Source of the DNA: a bacterium
GTDB lineage: Bacteria > Verrucomicrobiota > Kiritimatiellia > RFP12 > UBA1067
Direction: 5' to 3'
NCBI GenBank assembly: GCA_037133395.1
Contig: JBAXOG010000003.1
Location: 7,644 to 71,643, forward strand
DNA length: 64,000 bases
Of this stretch, positions 63,529 through 64,000 are shown one piece after another (the first letter of the stretch is position 1; every line of letters begins with the position of its first letter). The notes below the pieces were generated by a model. That model did no database searches. It was not told where the DNA came from and was given only the letters and a program-made list of their open reading frames with translations. The translations under genes and the position numbers were made by a program.

Positions 63529-63614
63529 AATGGAATAATGGAATACGGGAATGCTGGAATGATGGGTGGAGGAATGTGATTCCAGTATTCCACTACTCCA
63601 GTATTCCATTCTTC
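63529..63614. repeat. imperfect palindrome built from opposed 8-bp tandem arrays (TGGAATAA-type / TATTCCAC-type)
   Basis: The left array is TGGAATAA TGGAATAC GGGAATGC TGGAATGA TGGGTGGA GGAATGTG (63531-63578). The right array is TATTCCAC TACTCCAG TATTCCAT (63586-63609). It ends 1-2 nt before ATG 63616. Confidence 0.8.
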
Positions 63615-63615
63615 T

Positions 63616-64000
63616 ATGATGTCCAGAACAAGACCTACGATCGCCGTTGTCTTTCCAGCCAGTATCCCTTGGATGGCTGAAACGCTGCGTGGTATTAAAT
63701 TGACTTCTGACCGTCTAGGTGGCTGGGCCATCATCACCAGTCCGCCTTCGTTGCAGAGTACGGGTGAAAAAACAATACACATTCCCGCTCTACGAAAATG
63801 GAAAGGGGACGGCGTGATTACTGTCCTCACATCACGACGCGAAGAAACGCTGGCCAGCAAGCTTTCCATTCCTGTTGTCAATCTTTCAGGCTGGTATCCG
63901 CCGACCTCTAAAAGCATCCCGCGGGTCAACGCGGATTACCGAGCCATGGGTAAACTTGCCGCAGACCACTTTATTGCGACGGGGATCAAGCATGTTGCGT
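63616..64000 (+). CDS. XylR/LacI-like sugar-binding regulator, N-terminal part only (runs off the right edge)
   Basis: The frame is open from ATG 63616 to the window end; it is absent from the ORF track because there is no stop. It translates to MMSRTRPTIAVVFPASIPWMAETLRGIKL...IPVVNLSGWYPP...RVNADYRAMGKLAADHFIATGIKHVA. This parallels the N-terminal sensor domains of the two XylR-type paralogs (e.g. PVVNVSGIQLP, SGKMAAQYFLDLGYRNFA). Confidence 0.65.
   Translation, partial: MMSRTRPTIAVVFPASIPWMAETLRGIKLTSDRLGGWAIITSPPSLQSTGEKTIHIPALRKWKGDGVITVLTSRREETLASKLSIPVVNLSGWYPPTSKSIPRVNADYRAMGKLAADHFIATGIKHVA

Noticed and set aside
63519-63929. 136-aa minus-strand ORF
   Set aside because: It overlaps the GGAAT/ATTCC repeat and the plus-strand regulator-like gene, whose translation aligns with the two XylR-type paralogs.
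1-64000. tRNA, rRNA, integrase/transposase, prophage or secretion-system genes
   Set aside because: I looked for them (cloverleaf-like GTTCGAATC arms, rRNA-like conserved strings, DDE/tyrosine recombinase motifs in the ORF track). None was found.

Overview
This 64-kb bacterial segment has moderately high GC by eye and is almost entirely filled with secreted carbohydrate-active enzymes. They sit in long co-directional operons. I see no rRNA, tRNA, CRISPR, integrase or transposase, and no SusC/SusD or TonB-type genes. The gene content includes autotransporter-associated beta-strand-repeat proteins, Tat-exported Gfo/Idh/MocA oxidoreductases, XylR-type AraC regulators and an FGE-domain fusion. 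That mix suggests a PVC-group organism (Verrucomicrobiota, Lentisphaerota or Kiritimatiellota-like); this is inference only.

Layout:
- 1-12.2 kb (minus strand): an esterase-rich operon with a SASA sialate O-acetylesterase, a BNR sialidase-like protein, two SGNH hydrolases (one fused to a GH43-like propeller), a 1167-aa orphan and a beta-strand-repeat protein.
- 12.5-16.6 kb (minus): GH29 fucosidase, DUF2961/GH172 and a small chimeric protein.
- 17.2-19.9 kb (minus): GH16 and a XylR-type regulator.
- 20.0-28.8 kb (plus): unknown paralog P1, GH95 fucosidase, unknown paralog P2.
- 29.3-39.2 kb (plus): four GH29-type fucosidases, an alpha/beta-hydrolase esterase and an FGE-domain fusion.
- 39.5-49.8 kb (plus): a beta-strand-repeat protein, unknown paralog P3, a GH106-like glycosidase frameshifted at a G8 run, and an FG-GAP protein.
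- 49.9-52.2 kb (minus): a discoidin plus GH9-like protein.
- 52.2-53.7 kb (minus): a hipBA-type toxin-antitoxin pair with palindromic operators.
- 53.8-64.0 kb: two paralogous MFS/XylR divergent modules carrying redox enzymes (FAD oxidoreductase, Tat-Gfo/Idh/MocA, Tat-TIM-barrel isomerase-like, URO-D family).

Most noteworthy observations:
- The three secreted P paralogs (about 940-970 aa) belong to a family I cannot assign.
- A 93-bp palindromic repeat sits in frame inside the GH95 gene.
- GH95 also carries a C-terminal extension absent from canonical members.
- A G8 run frameshifts the GH106-like gene.
- A candidate periplasmic oxidative glycoside-cleavage cluster lies at 53.8-63.4 kb.
- Conserved operator-like motifs (CGCAA-N13-TTGCG and a 25-nt TGCGCAAAAA...ATAAACG box) link several promoters.
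- A promoter/leader cassette is duplicated.
- Short-period (7-8 bp) tandem arrays recur across the window.

All family calls come from motifs read by eye; no database search was possible.
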